From Candidatus Wenzhouxiangella sp. M2_3B_020 (GTDB lineage: Bacteria > Pseudomonadota > Gammaproteobacteria > Xanthomonadales > Wenzhouxiangellaceae), in the NCBI GenBank assembly GCA_051428125.1, contig JBPRGD010000097.1, positions 8,164 to 72,163 on the forward strand: a DNA stretch of 64,000 nucleotides, in the 5' to 3' direction. Every line of letters begins with the position of its first letter. Within the stretch, counting starts at the first letter, position 1. Below the pieces are notes generated by a model, which saw only the letters and a list, made by a program, of their open reading frames with translations, made no database searches and was not told where the DNA came from. Below are positions 38,453 through 50,111 of the stretch, piece by piece. The translations under genes and the position numbers were made by a program.

Positions 38453-40425
38453 TGATCGCCGAACTCGGCCAGATGACGCTGGTGATCGCCCTGATCATCG
38501 CCGTATGTCTCTCCATCCTGCCGCTGGTCGGCGCCTGGAACAACGACAACCGTTTGATCGCGTCGGCTTCCTCGCTCGCCACCGGCCTGTTCGTTTTCAT
38601 CGCGGCGAGCTTCGTTCTTCTCGCCGCGGCCTTCCTCGTCAACGATTTCACGATCCGCTACGTCGCGAGCAACTCCAACCTGCTGCTGCCCTGGTATTAC
38701 CGGCTCAGCGCGATCTGGGGCGGTCACGAGGGCTCGCTGCTTCTGTGGATGCTGATGCTGTCCGGCTGGATGATGGCCGTCGTGCTGCTGTCGAAATCGC
38801 TGCCCAGGGCGTTCCGCGCCCGGGTGCTGGCGGTCATGGGCATGGTCTGCGTCGGATTTCTCGCCTTCACCGCGTTCACGTCGAATCCTTTCGACCGCGT
38901 CTTGCCCGGCGTCCCAGACGGCAACGATCTCAACCCGCTGCTGCAGGATCCCGGCATGATCTTCCATCCGCCGTTGCTCTACATGGGCTACGTCGGATTC
39001 TCGGTCGCGTTCGCGTTCGCGATCGCCGGCCTCCTCGGCGGACGCGTCGAGCGCGAATGGATCCGCTGGGCCAAGCCCTGGACGCTGGCGGCGTGGGCGT
39101 TCCTGACCGGCGGCATCGCGCTGGGTTCGTGGTGGGCCTACTACGAACTCGGATGGGGCGGCTGGTGGTTCTGGGATCCGGTCGAGAATGCGTCGTTCAT
39201 GCCGTGGCTGGTCGGCACGGCCCTGATCCACTCGCAGGCGGTGACCGAAAAGCGCGGTGCGTTTCCGGCCTGGACGGTGCTGCTGTCGATCGCGGCCTTC
39301 TCGCTGTCGCTTCTCGGCACCTTCCTCGTGCGTTCCGGCGTGCTCACGTCGGTCCACGCGTTCGCCAACGACCCGGAGCGCGGGCTTTTCATCCTGGCCT
39401 TTCTCGCCATCGTGGTCGGCGGCTCGCTGCTGCTGTACGCGCTGCGGGCGCCTAGAATCGCCACCGGCGAGGGCTTCGACGTCGTCAGCCGCGAATCGGC
39501 GCTGCTGCTGAACAACATCTTCCTCGTCGTGGCCGCGGCAATGGTGCTGATCGGAACGATCTATCCCATCCTCGTCGACTTCATGGGGTGGGGCCAGGTC
39601 TCGGTCGGGCCACCCTACTTCGGCGCGATGTTCATCCTGCTGATGACGCCCGTGGTGCTGCTGCTGCCGCTGGGACCGATGGCTCGCTGGCAGAACGACG
39701 AGTTCAAGCGCGCGGCTCGCCCGCTGCTGTGGGCGGCGCTGCTCGCCGTTGTCGGCGCGTTGGTCATCACGGCGTTGCTGGGATCGTGGAACCTGCGGGC
39801 GATCACCGGCTGGATCGGCGGGCTGTGGCTGATGGCCGGCGCCGTGGCATTCGTGATGCGCCAGCGCCGACAGGCGTCCGGCCGCATGACCCGCGGCCAG
39901 TGGGGCATGAGCCTCGCCCACTTCGGCGTCGGAGTATTCATCATCGGCGTGGCCATGGTCGAATCGACGACGTTCGAGAAGGACCTGCGATTCGAGCCCG
40001 GCCAGACGGTCGAGGCGGCCGGCCTGACCTTCAGGCTCAACGAGGTCGCGACCGTCAAGGGCCCCAACTGGGCGGCCGACGAGGCCCGCGTCAGCGTGCT
40101 GAAGAACGGCGAGGAGGTCCTGCTGATGACCCCCCAGAAGCGTCGATACTACCGATCGGGCCAGGTCATGTCGCAGATCGAGCTGCGGCCGGGCTTCACG
40201 CGCGATCTCTACGTCGCGCTCGGAGAGCCGCTCAGCGGCGGCGCATGGTCGATGCGCATTCACATCAAGCCCTTCATCCGCTGGATCTGGGGTGGTGCGG
40301 TACTCATGCTTCTCGGTGGCCTGATTTCGGCAAGTGACCGGCGCTACTGGGTCCGCAGGCGAGCCGAGGCCGAGGCGCCCGAGCCCGCGGGTACGGGCCG
40401 TGCGCAAGGAGCGCTGGCGACATGA
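38452..40425 (+). CDS. ccmF: Cytochrome c heme lyase CcmF
   Basis: WGGHEGSLLLW, HPPLLYMGY, WGGWWFWDPVENAS, SVHAFA. Confidence 0.97.
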   Translation: MIAELGQMTLVIALIIAVCLSILPLVGAWNNDNRLIASASSLATGLFVFIAASFVLLAAAFLVNDFTIRYVASNSNLLLPWYYRLSAIWGGHEGSLLLWMLMLSGWMMAVVLLSKSLPRAFRARVLAVMGMVCVGFLAFTAFTSNPFDRVLPGVPDGNDLNPLLQDPGMIFHPPLLYMGYVGFSVAFAFAIAGLLGGRVEREWIRWAKPWTLAAWAFLTGGIALGSWWAYYELGWGGWWFWDPVENASFMPWLVGTALIHSQAVTEKRGAFPAWTVLLSIAAFSLSLLGTFLVRSGVLTSVHAFANDPERGLFILAFLAIVVGGSLLLYALRAPRIATGEGFDVVSRESALLLNNIFLVVAAAMVLIGTIYPILVDFMGWGQVSVGPPYFGAMFILLMTPVVLLLPLGPMARWQNDEFKRAARPLLWAALLAVVGALVITALLGSWNLRAITGWIGGLWLMAGAVAFVMRQRRQASGRMTRGQWGMSLAHFGVGVFIIGVAMVESTTFEKDLRFEPGQTVEAAGLTFRLNEVATVKGPNWAADEARVSVLKNGEEVLLMTPQKRRYYRSGQVMSQIELRPGFTRDLYVALGEPLSGGAWSMRIHIKPFIRWIWGGAVLMLLGGLISASDRRYWVRRRAEAEAPEPAGTGRAQGALAT

Positions 40426-40964
40426 TCCGGATGATCCTGCCGCTGGCGGTCTTCGTGGCACTCCTCGGATTGCTGCTGGCGGGCCTGAAGAACTCCGACC
40501 AGCGCGAAGTCATCGACAGCCCGCTGGTCGGCAAGCCTGTTCCGGATTTCACGCTGCCGACGCTTCACGACGATGCGCGGACGGTCACGAAAACCGATCT
40601 GCTGGGACGTCCGTTCGTCATCAACGTCTGGGGCAGCTGGTGCCCCTCCTGCCGGGTCGAGCATCCGCTGATCACCCGGATGGGCAGGGAGATCGAAGCT
40701 CCGCTGGTGGGCCTGAACTGGAAGGACGAACGCCCGGCGGCCATGCGCTGGCTGGGCCAGTTCGGCGATGCGTGGGACTTCCATCTTTTCGACTCGCCGG
40801 GCACCTTCGGCATCGACCTGGGCGTCTACGGCGCGCCGGAAACGTTTCTCGTCGATCACACCGGAATCATCCGCCACAAGCATATCGGCCCGGTGACCGA
40901 GGACTCCTACGCCGACCTGCTCGAAAGAATCCGCCGGCTCGAAAGCGAGGCCGCAAACTCATGA
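40422..40964 (+). CDS. ccmG: Thiol:disulfide oxidoreductase CcmG/DsbE
   Basis: WGSWCPSCRVEHP, GVYGAPETF. Confidence 0.95.
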   Translation: MIRMILPLAVFVALLGLLLAGLKNSDQREVIDSPLVGKPVPDFTLPTLHDDARTVTKTDLLGRPFVINVWGSWCPSCRVEHPLITRMGREIEAPLVGLNWKDERPAAMRWLGQFGDAWDFHLFDSPGTFGIDLGVYGAPETFLVDHTGIIRHKHIGPVTEDSYADLLERIRRLESEAANS

Positions 40965-41404
40965 CCCGAATCTTCGCCGTTGTTCTTTTGCTGGTGTTGG
41001 TGCCGATCATGCCGGAGGCCCAGACGCGGTCCTCCAACTCGCCGATCGAGCCCCGGCAGTTCGCCAACGAGACCCAGGAAGACCGCTACCGCGCACTGAT
41101 CTCGGAACTGCGTTGCACGGTCTGCCAGAACGAGCCGATCGAGAGCTCGAATGCGCCGCTGGCGGCCGACCTCAGACAGCAGGTCTACCGGCAGATCATG
41201 CAGGGCCGCTCCGACTTCGAGATCCGCCAGTACATGCGCGATCGCTACGGCGATTTCGTGCTCTACAATCCGCCGTTCGCCGGGCATACGCTGATCCTGT
41301 GGCTCGGGCCGGTGATCCTGTTGCTGATCGGCCTGGTGACCGGCGCGCTGCTGATCCGACGTCGGCGGAAGATGCTGGCCGAACGCCGGCAGCGGGCCGG
41401 CTGA
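40961..41404 (+). CDS. ccmH: Cytochrome c biogenesis protein CcmH
   Basis: LRCTVCQN, RYGDFVLYNPP, LWLGP. Confidence 0.94.
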   Translation: MTRIFAVVLLLVLVPIMPEAQTRSSNSPIEPRQFANETQEDRYRALISELRCTVCQNEPIESSNAPLAADLRQQVYRQIMQGRSDFEIRQYMRDRYGDFVLYNPPFAGHTLILWLGPVILLLIGLVTGALLIRRRRKMLAERRQRAG

Positions 41405-41483
41405 AAATTCCGGTCGGCGACAATCGACGGCGGATGGCGGCTTGCCCCGCTCCGCTTGAATCCAACATCCTAGGAGAGATCCG

Positions 41484-42758
41484 TTGAGCGAGATCCTGGC
41501 TTCTCCCGCGTTCCTGGGCGGCACCGCCGTCCTGATCATCCTCGCACTGGTGTTCCTGCTCGCCCCGCTTTTGCGCGGCGGCGCTGCGTCGGCAGCGACC
41601 AGGCGCCGATTGCGCGCCCTCGAGGAGCTGCGCGACGATCTGGATCCCGGCGATTACGAGCGGCGCCGCGCGCGCCTGCGCGAGGAAGCCGAATCGTCCG
41701 GTGGTGGCGCGCGGCCGAACCTCGCGATGGTCGTCCTGCTCGCCCTGGCGGTTCCGGCCTGCGCCGTTGCCGCGTACCTGTACGTCGGCACGCCGGAAGG
41801 CATCGATCCCGACACCGGCCGGACTGGAGAAATTCGCCAGACGCTGGGAGAACTGACGCAACGCGTGCGAAGCGAGCCGCAGGACGTCGAGGCGTGGAAC
41901 CAGCTGGGCATGATCCAGAAGCAGCTGCAGCAATTCCCGGCCGCCGAAGCGGCTTTCCGGCGCGTGATCTTCATCGACCCGGACAACCAGCTGGCGCGTG
42001 TCGAGCTTGCCGAAACGCTGCTCTACATGGCCGGACAGGCCAGCCTGCCGGATGAAAGCAGGCGCCTGCTCCGCCGGGTTCTCGCCGCCGAACCCGACAA
42101 CCAGAAAGCGCTGTGGCTGGCCGGACTCGATGCCTTCCACGAAGGCGACCGCGACCGCGCTCTCGCATTGTGGCGTCGCCTGGAGCGACAGCTTCCCGAA
42201 GGCAGCGTCCGTGACCAGATCCGTCGGCAGATCGCCGATGCAGCCGGACGGCCGGCCGAGACATCGAACGCGGCCGCGAACGGAGCCGACGGCGAGCCCG
42301 AAACAACGGCACGGCGGGGAGCCGACATCGACGAGTCACCTTCCGGGACCGTTGCATCGACTTCCCCGGCACCTCCCCCGTCGCAGACGAGCACTGCGGC
42401 CGACGACGGCGAGGTCAGCGTCGCCGTCAACGTTTCGCTGGATTCCGCGCTGTCCGGTTCGATCAGTGGCTCCGAAACGGTGTTCGTATTCGCAAGAGCC
42501 GTGAACGGTCCACCCGCTCCGCTCGCCGTGAAGCGTCTGCCCGCCTCGACGCTGCCGGCCACGGTCGTGCTCTCGGAGTCCGATTCGATGGCGGAAGGCC
42601 TCACGCTGGGAACGTTTCCACAGGCAAGGGTCGTCGCGCGTCTCAGCCGCTCGGGGAACGTCATCGCATCCCCCGGCGACCTCGAGGGCAGCAGCGAGCC
42701 GTTCGCTCCGGGTTCAACCGGACACATCGACATCGTCATCGACCGGCAGGTCGACTGA
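41484..42758 (+). CDS. ccmI: Cytochrome c biogenesis TPR protein CcmI/CycH
   Basis: Two N-terminal TMs, TPR region (PDNQKALWLAG), C-terminal VFARAVNGPPAPLAVKR...ARLSRSG domain. Confidence 0.88.
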   Translation: MSEILASPAFLGGTAVLIILALVFLLAPLLRGGAASAATRRRLRALEELRDDLDPGDYERRRARLREEAESSGGGARPNLAMVVLLALAVPACAVAAYLYVGTPEGIDPDTGRTGEIRQTLGELTQRVRSEPQDVEAWNQLGMIQKQLQQFPAAEAAFRRVIFIDPDNQLARVELAETLLYMAGQASLPDESRRLLRRVLAAEPDNQKALWLAGLDAFHEGDRDRALALWRRLERQLPEGSVRDQIRRQIADAAGRPAETSNAAANGADGEPETTARRGADIDESPSGTVASTSPAPPPSQTSTAADDGEVSVAVNVSLDSALSGSISGSETVFVFARAVNGPPAPLAVKRLPASTLPATVVLSESDSMAEGLTLGTFPQARVVARLSRSGNVIASPGDLEGSSEPFAPGSTGHIDIVIDRQVD

Positions 42759-42881
42759 CCTCGCTTCGTCCGCGACAGCCACCGCGCGAGGCATATCGCG
42801 CGGCGAGGCCGGATGCCGCTTTCCTTACGCGTACAATGAGTCGCAACGCGATGGTCAGACGTTCGATACCGCAAGGGGTGA

Positions 42882-42922
42882 TTGACGCAAATCAAACCCG
42901 TTCAGCGCCCACGTCGCATACT
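42882..42922 (+). promoter_or_regulatory. FNR/ANR box and -10 element upstream of the Dnr-like regulator
   Basis: TTGAC-GCAA-ATCAA (42882-42895; one mismatch to TTGAT-N4-ATCAA) and CATACT (42917-42922); class II spacing. Confidence 0.75.
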
Positions 42923-43015
42923 GGAAACCTGGATAACGTTTTCTGATCGAGAGCACCCGAACCGTTCAGGCGTTCCGTTTCAAGTATCGACAGATGTCGC
43001 AAGGAAGCCCTCCTA

Positions 43016-43720
43016 ATGCTCGAACGCAAGATCGTCGAAGCCGAGAAGATCATCGCTTTCACGCCGTTCCGGAACCTCTCGAAAGAACTCATCGAGGAAG
43101 TTCAGGAACACTCCCGGGCAATCTCGCTGAATGCCGACGAACCGTTGTTTCGTCAGGACGAGCCTGCACGACGAAGCTACTTCTGCCTGGCCGGTGCGTT
43201 GAAACTCTTCAGGCTCACGCCTACCGGAAGCGAGAAGATCTTTCATATCGCCAGCGAAGGCGACACGTTGTTCGATTCGATCTCGATCCGCGCCGATCGC
43301 GCCTACCCCGTTCACTGCATGGCGATGACGGCAAGTGAACTCATGTCGATGGACATCGATTTCCTGCTGCAGATGCTCGACCGTTCACAGCACGCCAGAA
43401 TGGACCTCGTCGACTCGCTGATCGGACGCGCCGATGACCTACTGTGTCATGCCGAACTACTATCCGTGGACAAGGCAAGCTTCCGGGTTTCGTCGTTCCT
43501 TCTCGAGGAATACCGTAGGAACGGGAACACGCCACGTTTTCGCCTCCGCTACAGCAAGAAGAACATCGCCAGCTATCTTTCCCTGCAGCCCGAAACGCTG
43601 TCGCGGTGCCTGAGGGCCTTGCGCGACGACAGCATCGCGAGCTCCAACGCCCGCGACATCGAGATCCTCGATCCGACCCGACTGGAACAGATGGTATGCG
43701 GGGGGCGCGCAGCCGCCTGA
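43016..43720 (+). CDS. Crp/Fnr-family regulator, Dnr-like
   Basis: LFRQDEPA, KLFRLTPTGSEKI, HTH KKNIASYLSLQPETLSR; lacks the FNR N-terminal Cys cluster. Confidence 0.85.
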   Translation: MLERKIVEAEKIIAFTPFRNLSKELIEEVQEHSRAISLNADEPLFRQDEPARRSYFCLAGALKLFRLTPTGSEKIFHIASEGDTLFDSISIRADRAYPVHCMAMTASELMSMDIDFLLQMLDRSQHARMDLVDSLIGRADDLLCHAELLSVDKASFRVSSFLLEEYRRNGNTPRFRLRYSKKNIASYLSLQPETLSRCLRALRDDSIASSNARDIEILDPTRLEQMVCGGRAAA

Positions 43721-43732
43721 ACAACGATCCGC

Positions 43733-45238
43733 TCACAGCGCGTGATCGCGGGACGACTCCACGCGGAACAGAACCAGGTTGACGAGCCGATGGGCCGTTT
43801 CCAGGGGCACGTACGGGAGACTCTGATCCCCGTGCGGCAACCGGAACGAAAGCGACGCCAGACCGTGCCGGCGCTGATATGGACTGCTCGATATCGATAT
43901 CTGCTGGCAGCGCGAGGTTTCGAAGTCGATCACCGTCTGCCCGATCGTGCCGCTTCGGATCCGGAGCCGGTCACCGTCGATTTCCCAGGCCCACCGGCGA
44001 TATCGAAGACAGACCGCAACGACCAACAACGCGTTGACACCGACGACCGGCAACGCGAGCCACGGAATTGTCCACCACGTCATCACGCCGATGCACAGCA
44101 AGGGCACGGTGATCCTTGCCGCCAGTATCGTTCGATACCGAGCGTCGATCGAACGCCACCGGGGGCGGGTCCAGCGCGTTCCTCGCAGCAGTTCGGCAAT
44201 CCAGTCGAGCCGCCCACCGTCGATTCCGGGCACCATGAAGCGGCGCTCTTCCCCGGCTTGACCGCTGATTTGCTGTGCCCCGGTCTGGTGCCCGATGGCA
44301 TGCCACTGGCCCAGCGCACGGCCGATGGCCGATTGCACGAGCTCGATGCTGTGGAGCTTTTCGCTGCGAAGCGTCTTTTCCCGCTCCTCGAACAGTCCGT
44401 ATGCCGCGATGAATCGATCGCCTTCGCGTCGCAACCGGAACCCGTGAAAGCGAGCGATGGCGATCAGGCCCGAGATCATCATGACCAGCAGCGCGAACGC
44501 GATCAGTATGACCAGTACTGCCAACGCGACCATCATCGGCGCGCCGGCCAGCGTTTCCATCTCGATCAGCCCGGCCGCTTCGGCTTGCTCGATCCAGCCC
44601 GAGATCCGCCGTTCGATCAGGTTCGACGCCGGTGCGCCGACGAGCGCGAGCAGGATCCAGATCTGGTTCGACGTCAAGCCGTACTTGAACAGGTCGGAGG
44701 CACCGGCCTCGAACGCCACGGTCGCATCCGCGTCCTTCTTTCCCTGCGTTTCTTCGCCACGCGCTTCGTCATGACGCGTTGCGGCGACGAGATCGCGCAA
44801 CTCTTTCGCTTCCTGCAGCGGAATCCCCGGCAACTCGACCTCGGTATGCGCGGCGCCGGGCGTTTCCAGAGAAACGCGGATCAGCCCCATCGGGCGCAGG
44901 TACAGCGGCTGACTGAAACCGATGTTCTGCACCCGCTCCAGCCGCACCTTGATTTCCTGTTGCTCGAAAAGGCCCTTCCGAACGCGGACCGCTTCACCGT
45001 CCAGGCTGTAGCGGAAACGGCGATGATAGATGACGGTGATCAGTAGACCGATCAGCAGAAGCAGCGCGATCCCGAGCCCCAGTTCGCGCCAGCCAAGCGA
45101 GTCGCTGATCGCGAATCCCGTGCCGGCTCCGAAGAACGCGATGAGGTTCTCGCGCACGAACTTCTGGACCCCGTTGACGTAAAGCGCGGCAACGGCGGGA
45201 GCCGGCAATGCCTTCCAGGCGTCAGTCGTCCCGGCCAT
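43733..45238 (-). CDS. YdbT-like membrane protein with bacterial PH (bPH_2) domains
   Basis: TM segments alternate with three bPH_2-like repeats (RVQNIGFSQPL, KLHSIELVQS, RCQQISISSSPYQRRHGLA). Confidence 0.85.
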   Translation of the reverse strand: MAGTTDAWKALPAPAVAALYVNGVQKFVRENLIAFFGAGTGFAISDSLGWRELGLGIALLLLIGLLITVIYHRRFRYSLDGEAVRVRKGLFEQQEIKVRLERVQNIGFSQPLYLRPMGLIRVSLETPGAAHTEVELPGIPLQEAKELRDLVAATRHDEARGEETQGKKDADATVAFEAGASDLFKYGLTSNQIWILLALVGAPASNLIERRISGWIEQAEAAGLIEMETLAGAPMMVALAVLVILIAFALLVMMISGLIAIARFHGFRLRREGDRFIAAYGLFEEREKTLRSEKLHSIELVQSAIGRALGQWHAIGHQTGAQQISGQAGEERRFMVPGIDGGRLDWIAELLRGTRWTRPRWRSIDARYRTILAARITVPLLCIGVMTWWTIPWLALPVVGVNALLVVAVCLRYRRWAWEIDGDRLRIRSGTIGQTVIDFETSRCQQISISSSPYQRRHGLASLSFRLPHGDQSLPYVPLETAHRLVNLVLFRVESSRDHAL

Positions 45239-45785
45239 GATCCCTGGCTTCCGCGTCACGCCGCCGGATCTGTTCGACCAGGTATTCGCGGAGATCGTCG
45301 GCCCTTTCCCGTTCGAGTCCGAGCACCGTCAGATCGGCCGTCATGCCTCCGGCGGAATAGAGCTTCATTCTCGCCAGTCCGAAAAGACGTTCCAACGGAC
45401 CGTGCGTGGTCTCGACGTGCTGGATTCGGGCCACCGGCAACGCCACGATGCTGCGCCAGACGATACCGGACCTGGCGATTACATCGTGTTCGCGAACGGC
45501 CCAGCCTCGATAGCCGGCATCGATCCAGCGATACAGCCCGATCACGGCGGCCAGCGCCACTACCGCTGCGAGTGCGAGAGTGCCACCCAACTTGAACGGC
45601 ACCGCCGGCACCAACGCAAGAACCACTCCCGCGAGCACCGGCGGCAGAAAGATGGCAAGCGTGGAAACCAGCGTGTACGACTTGTACCCCGACGCAACGC
45701 CCCGGAACTCGACCTCGGAGTAATCCGGAATGCAGTCGGGATTCACCGGCGCGTTCGAGAATGCATCGTCACCGTTGTCCATCAT
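45222..45785 (-). CDS. YdbS-like membrane protein with a bPH_2 domain
   Basis: Two TMs followed by LPVARIQHVETTHGPLERLFGLA; paired with the ydbT-like gene. Confidence 0.87.
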   Translation of the reverse strand: MMDNGDDAFSNAPVNPDCIPDYSEVEFRGVASGYKSYTLVSTLAIFLPPVLAGVVLALVPAVPFKLGGTLALAAVVALAAVIGLYRWIDAGYRGWAVREHDVIARSGIVWRSIVALPVARIQHVETTHGPLERLFGLARMKLYSAGGMTADLTVLGLERERADDLREYLVEQIRRRDAEARDHGRDD

Positions 45786-46092
45786 GTCCAGGTTGCTGCG
45801 GATGTGAGTCCTTCGCCAGTGCCGGAAGCCATGCCGAACTCGTGGGCCTGCACCAACCACGCGATCGTCCGGTGCTGCCGTCCACACCATTGCAAGCGAC
45901 CGGGTATCGAAGGGCGTGGCGAAAGGCCGTGCGCGTGACCCGAACGCCGGGCGCGGTCGGCCGAAGTCTGCATTCGCATGGGAATAGCGGCCGGGAGACC
46001 GCTCGACCGAAGTCCCGACCGACATGGCGCGGTCGGAACGGCACGCGCTGCAAGCGAAATCGACTTCGCCATTTGGGCCGACGTCACGCTAT

Positions 46093-46119
46093 CCGACCCG
46101 GAGGCCCCTTCCGGGTCGG
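46093..46119 (-). terminator. Hairpin downstream of sucD (possible terminator)
   Basis: ccgacccgga-N7-tccgggtcgg, a 10-bp stem with no strong U-tract. Confidence 0.4.
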
Positions 46120-46200
46120 TGCCATTCACGGGGCGGATCGATCGCCTCGCGCGGCAATATCGGCCGAGCGAGGCCGCGGTTTGCCGGCCGGATCGACCGC

Positions 46201-47076
46201 TCAGGACTTCAAGCGCTCGGCGATCGCGGACCCGAGTTCGACGGGAGACCGGACCGTCGTCACGCCGGCTTCCTGCAGTGCATCGTACTTGGCCTCTGCC
46301 GTGCCCTTTCCGCCCGCGATGATCGCGCCCGCATGACCCATGCGTTTGCCCGGCGGAGCGGTCACGCCGGCGATGTAGGCCACCACCGGCTTGCTGACTT
46401 CGTCGGCGATGAACTCGGCCGCCTCTTCCTCGGCGGTACCACCGATCTCGCCGACCATGATGATGCCCTCGGTTTCCGGATCCTGCTCGAACAGGTCCAG
46501 GCAGTCGATGAAGCTCATGCCGTTGATCGGATCCCCGCCGATGCCGATGCACGTGCTCTGGCCAAGGCCGGCCTGGGTCGTCTGGTAGACCGCTTCGTAC
46601 GTCAAAGTGCCGGAGCGGGAGACCACGCCGACCTTGCCGGCCTTGTGGATGCTCCCGGGCATGATCCCGATCTTGCATTCATCCGGTGTGATGATGCCCG
46701 GGCAATTGGGTCCGATCAGCGTGACGTCGTCGTATTCCTTCAACGCGGCCTTGACGCGCATCATGTCGAGCACCGGGATCCCCTCGGTGATCGTCACGAT
46801 GACCCGGATTCCGGCGTCGGCCGCCTCGAGAATGGCGTCGGCGGCGAACGGCGGCGGGACGAAGATCATCGACGCGTCGGCACCGGTTTCGTCGACGGCG
46901 TCGCCGACGGTATCGAATACCGGAAGACCGAGATGCTCGTTGCCGCCCTTGCCCGGCGTCACGCCGCCGACCATCCGCGTGCCGTACTCGATGGCCTGTT
47001 CGGAGTGGAAAGTGCCCTGCGAGCCGGTGAAGCCCTGGCAGAGGACGCGGGTTTTCTTGTTGACCAGTACGCTCAT
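46201..47076 (-). CDS. sucD: Succinyl-CoA synthetase alpha subunit
   Basis: [37 protein letters not shown]. Confidence 0.98.
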   Translation of the reverse strand: MSVLVNKKTRVLCQGFTGSQGTFHSEQAIEYGTRMVGGVTPGKGGNEHLGLPVFDTVGDAVDETGADASMIFVPPPFAADAILEAADAGIRVIVTITEGIPVLDMMRVKAALKEYDDVTLIGPNCPGIITPDECKIGIMPGSIHKAGKVGVVSRSGTLTYEAVYQTTQAGLGQSTCIGIGGDPINGMSFIDCLDLFEQDPETEGIIMVGEIGGTAEEEAAEFIADEVSKPVVAYIAGVTAPPGKRMGHAGAIIAGGKGTAEAKYDALQEAGVTTVRSPVELGSAIAERLKS

Positions 47077-47087
47077 GTCGGTTTCCT

Positions 47088-48248
<1,161 letters not shown>

Positions 48249-48428
48249 GGCTGAATTCCGCTTGGTGAATTGGAGACGAGCCGCCCGATTGGACGAAGAT
48301 ACCGGCGGCCGAATGAAAGCAACCGCGGAAATATAACAAAACCCTCGAGCGTACGGGGGAGGGAGTTCACGACGCAGACCGGTTGCGCTATAGTGCCGGC
48401 AGCCGGTCCCACTCAGCCGACGCCGGGT

Positions 48429-50072
48429 ATGGCCTTGACCCAGCTGTTCCAGAAGACCGAAGCCGACTCCGATCTGATCCGCAGATCGCTGAATTACCTG
48501 ATGATTTTCCGCCTCGGGCTGGCGATCGTCATCCTGGTGGCCTCGTTCGGGGATTTCGGGGTTCAACTGGCCGCCGACTACAAGGTTTTCCTGGCCCAGG
48601 CCGCGTCGCTGACCTACATCATGTCGTCGCTGGCTTTCCCCTGGCTGCACTGGCGCGCGCGCGTCGCGCCCGACGAGCTCGCGCGCTTCTCGCTGATGAC
48701 CGACATCGTCATCCTTCTGATCGTGCTCCACTGCTTCGGGGGCCTGAGCAGCGGACTGGTCATTCTGCTGATCTTCACCGTCGGCATCGCCGGCCTGCTT
48801 CTGCCGCTGCAGGTCGCGCTGTTCTTCGCATCCCTGACGTCCATCGGGATCGTCGTCGAGGCCTGGATCGCGTCCGGTGGCAGTTTCGCCAACGGACAGG
48901 CGCTGCAGGCCGGAATCTACGGCATCGCCAGCTTCATTACCGCGCTGGGCACTTCCCTGCTGGCCCGCTGGGGCCGCGAGTACCAGCTGCTGGCCGAGCG
49001 CCGTCGCAACGATCTCGTCGGCCTCGAACAGGTCAACGATCTGATCATCCGCCGCATGCGTTCGGGCGTCATGGTCGTCGACGCCGAACTGAAGGTCCGC
49101 CAGATGAACGAGTCGGCCTGGTATCTCTTGGGCAATCCCCCGGTCAGCGAGCGCCGGCTCAACGTCATCGCCCCTGCTCTGGTCGAGCGCCTGAACCGCT
49201 GGCACAAGACCGGTCAGTCCGACGACGAGGGCCTGCTCCTCAAGGCCACGCAGGCGGCCGTCGTACCTCAGTTCGTCCGGCTGCCGGGCGTCCTGGGCGA
49301 AGCCACGCTGATCTTCCTGGAGGACACCTCCGTGGTCAGCCGGCGCGCCCGGGACCTCGCCCAGGCGTCGCTGGCGCGGCTGTCGGCCTCGATCGCGCAC
49401 GAAATCCGCAATCCGCTGGGGGCGCTCAGCCATGCCGCGCAGCTTCTGGGAGAATCCGGGGAGCTGCCCAAGCAGGACCGTAGGCTCATCGAGATCATGC
49501 GCAATCACGTCGCGCGGATGAACGACATCGTCGAGAACGTGCTGAAGCTCTCGCGGCGCGAGAGTGCGCGCATCGAGCGTACGAACATCTCCGAGATGGT
49601 CCGCGAGATCGCCGAAGAATTCCGCGAAGAGCACGAACTGCCGGCGGATCGCGTCGCAGTCGAGGCGCCGCGAAGCAGCATCGAGGTGCTGGTCGATCCG
49701 GGTCAATTGCAGCAGGCCGTGGCCAACCTGATGGACAACGCGTTGCGCCACGCCGGTACCGAGGAAGCCCCCCCGAAGATCACGCTTCGGCTGAGTCCCA
49801 TCCGGGGACACCGCGAGATGGCGCTGGACATCATCGACGACGGCCCGGGCATCCCGATAGAGAAGCGCAGCCAGATCTTCGAACCGTTCTTCACGACGCA
49901 CAAGCAGGGCTCGGGACTCGGCCTGTTCCTGGCCCGCCAGCTCTGCGATGCGAACCAGGCCCCGCTGGAGTACGTGCAGATTCCGAATTCGGGCGCATGC
50001 TTCCGTATCCTGCTGCGACGCTCCGATGAGGAGTCCCGTATCCAGCAAGCGGCGGAAATCGCGAATTTGTAG
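48429..50072 (+). CDS. pilS: Two-component sensor kinase PilS
   Basis: About 6 TMs, PAS-like segment, [22 protein letters not shown]; divergent from sucC and upstream of pilR. Confidence 0.85.
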   Translation: MALTQLFQKTEADSDLIRRSLNYLMIFRLGLAIVILVASFGDFGVQLAADYKVFLAQAASLTYIMSSLAFPWLHWRARVAPDELARFSLMTDIVILLIVLHCFGGLSSGLVILLIFTVGIAGLLLPLQVALFFASLTSIGIVVEAWIASGGSFANGQALQAGIYGIASFITALGTSLLARWGREYQLLAERRRNDLVGLEQVNDLIIRRMRSGVMVVDAELKVRQMNESAWYLLGNPPVSERRLNVIAPALVERLNRWHKTGQSDDEGLLLKATQAAVVPQFVRLPGVLGEATLIFLEDTSVVSRRARDLAQASLARLSASIAHEIRNPLGALSHAAQLLGESGELPKQDRRLIEIMRNHVARMNDIVENVLKLSRRESARIERTNISEMVREIAEEFREEHELPADRVAVEAPRSSIEVLVDPGQLQQAVANLMDNALRHAGTEEAPPKITLRLSPIRGHREMALDIIDDGPGIPIEKRSQIFEPFFTTHKQGSGLGLFLARQLCDANQAPLEYVQIPNSGACFRILLRRSDEESRIQQAAEIANL

Positions 50073-50111
50073 CAGAATAGAGGGTCTGGAACCGAACGGC
50101 ACGGAGGCCGC

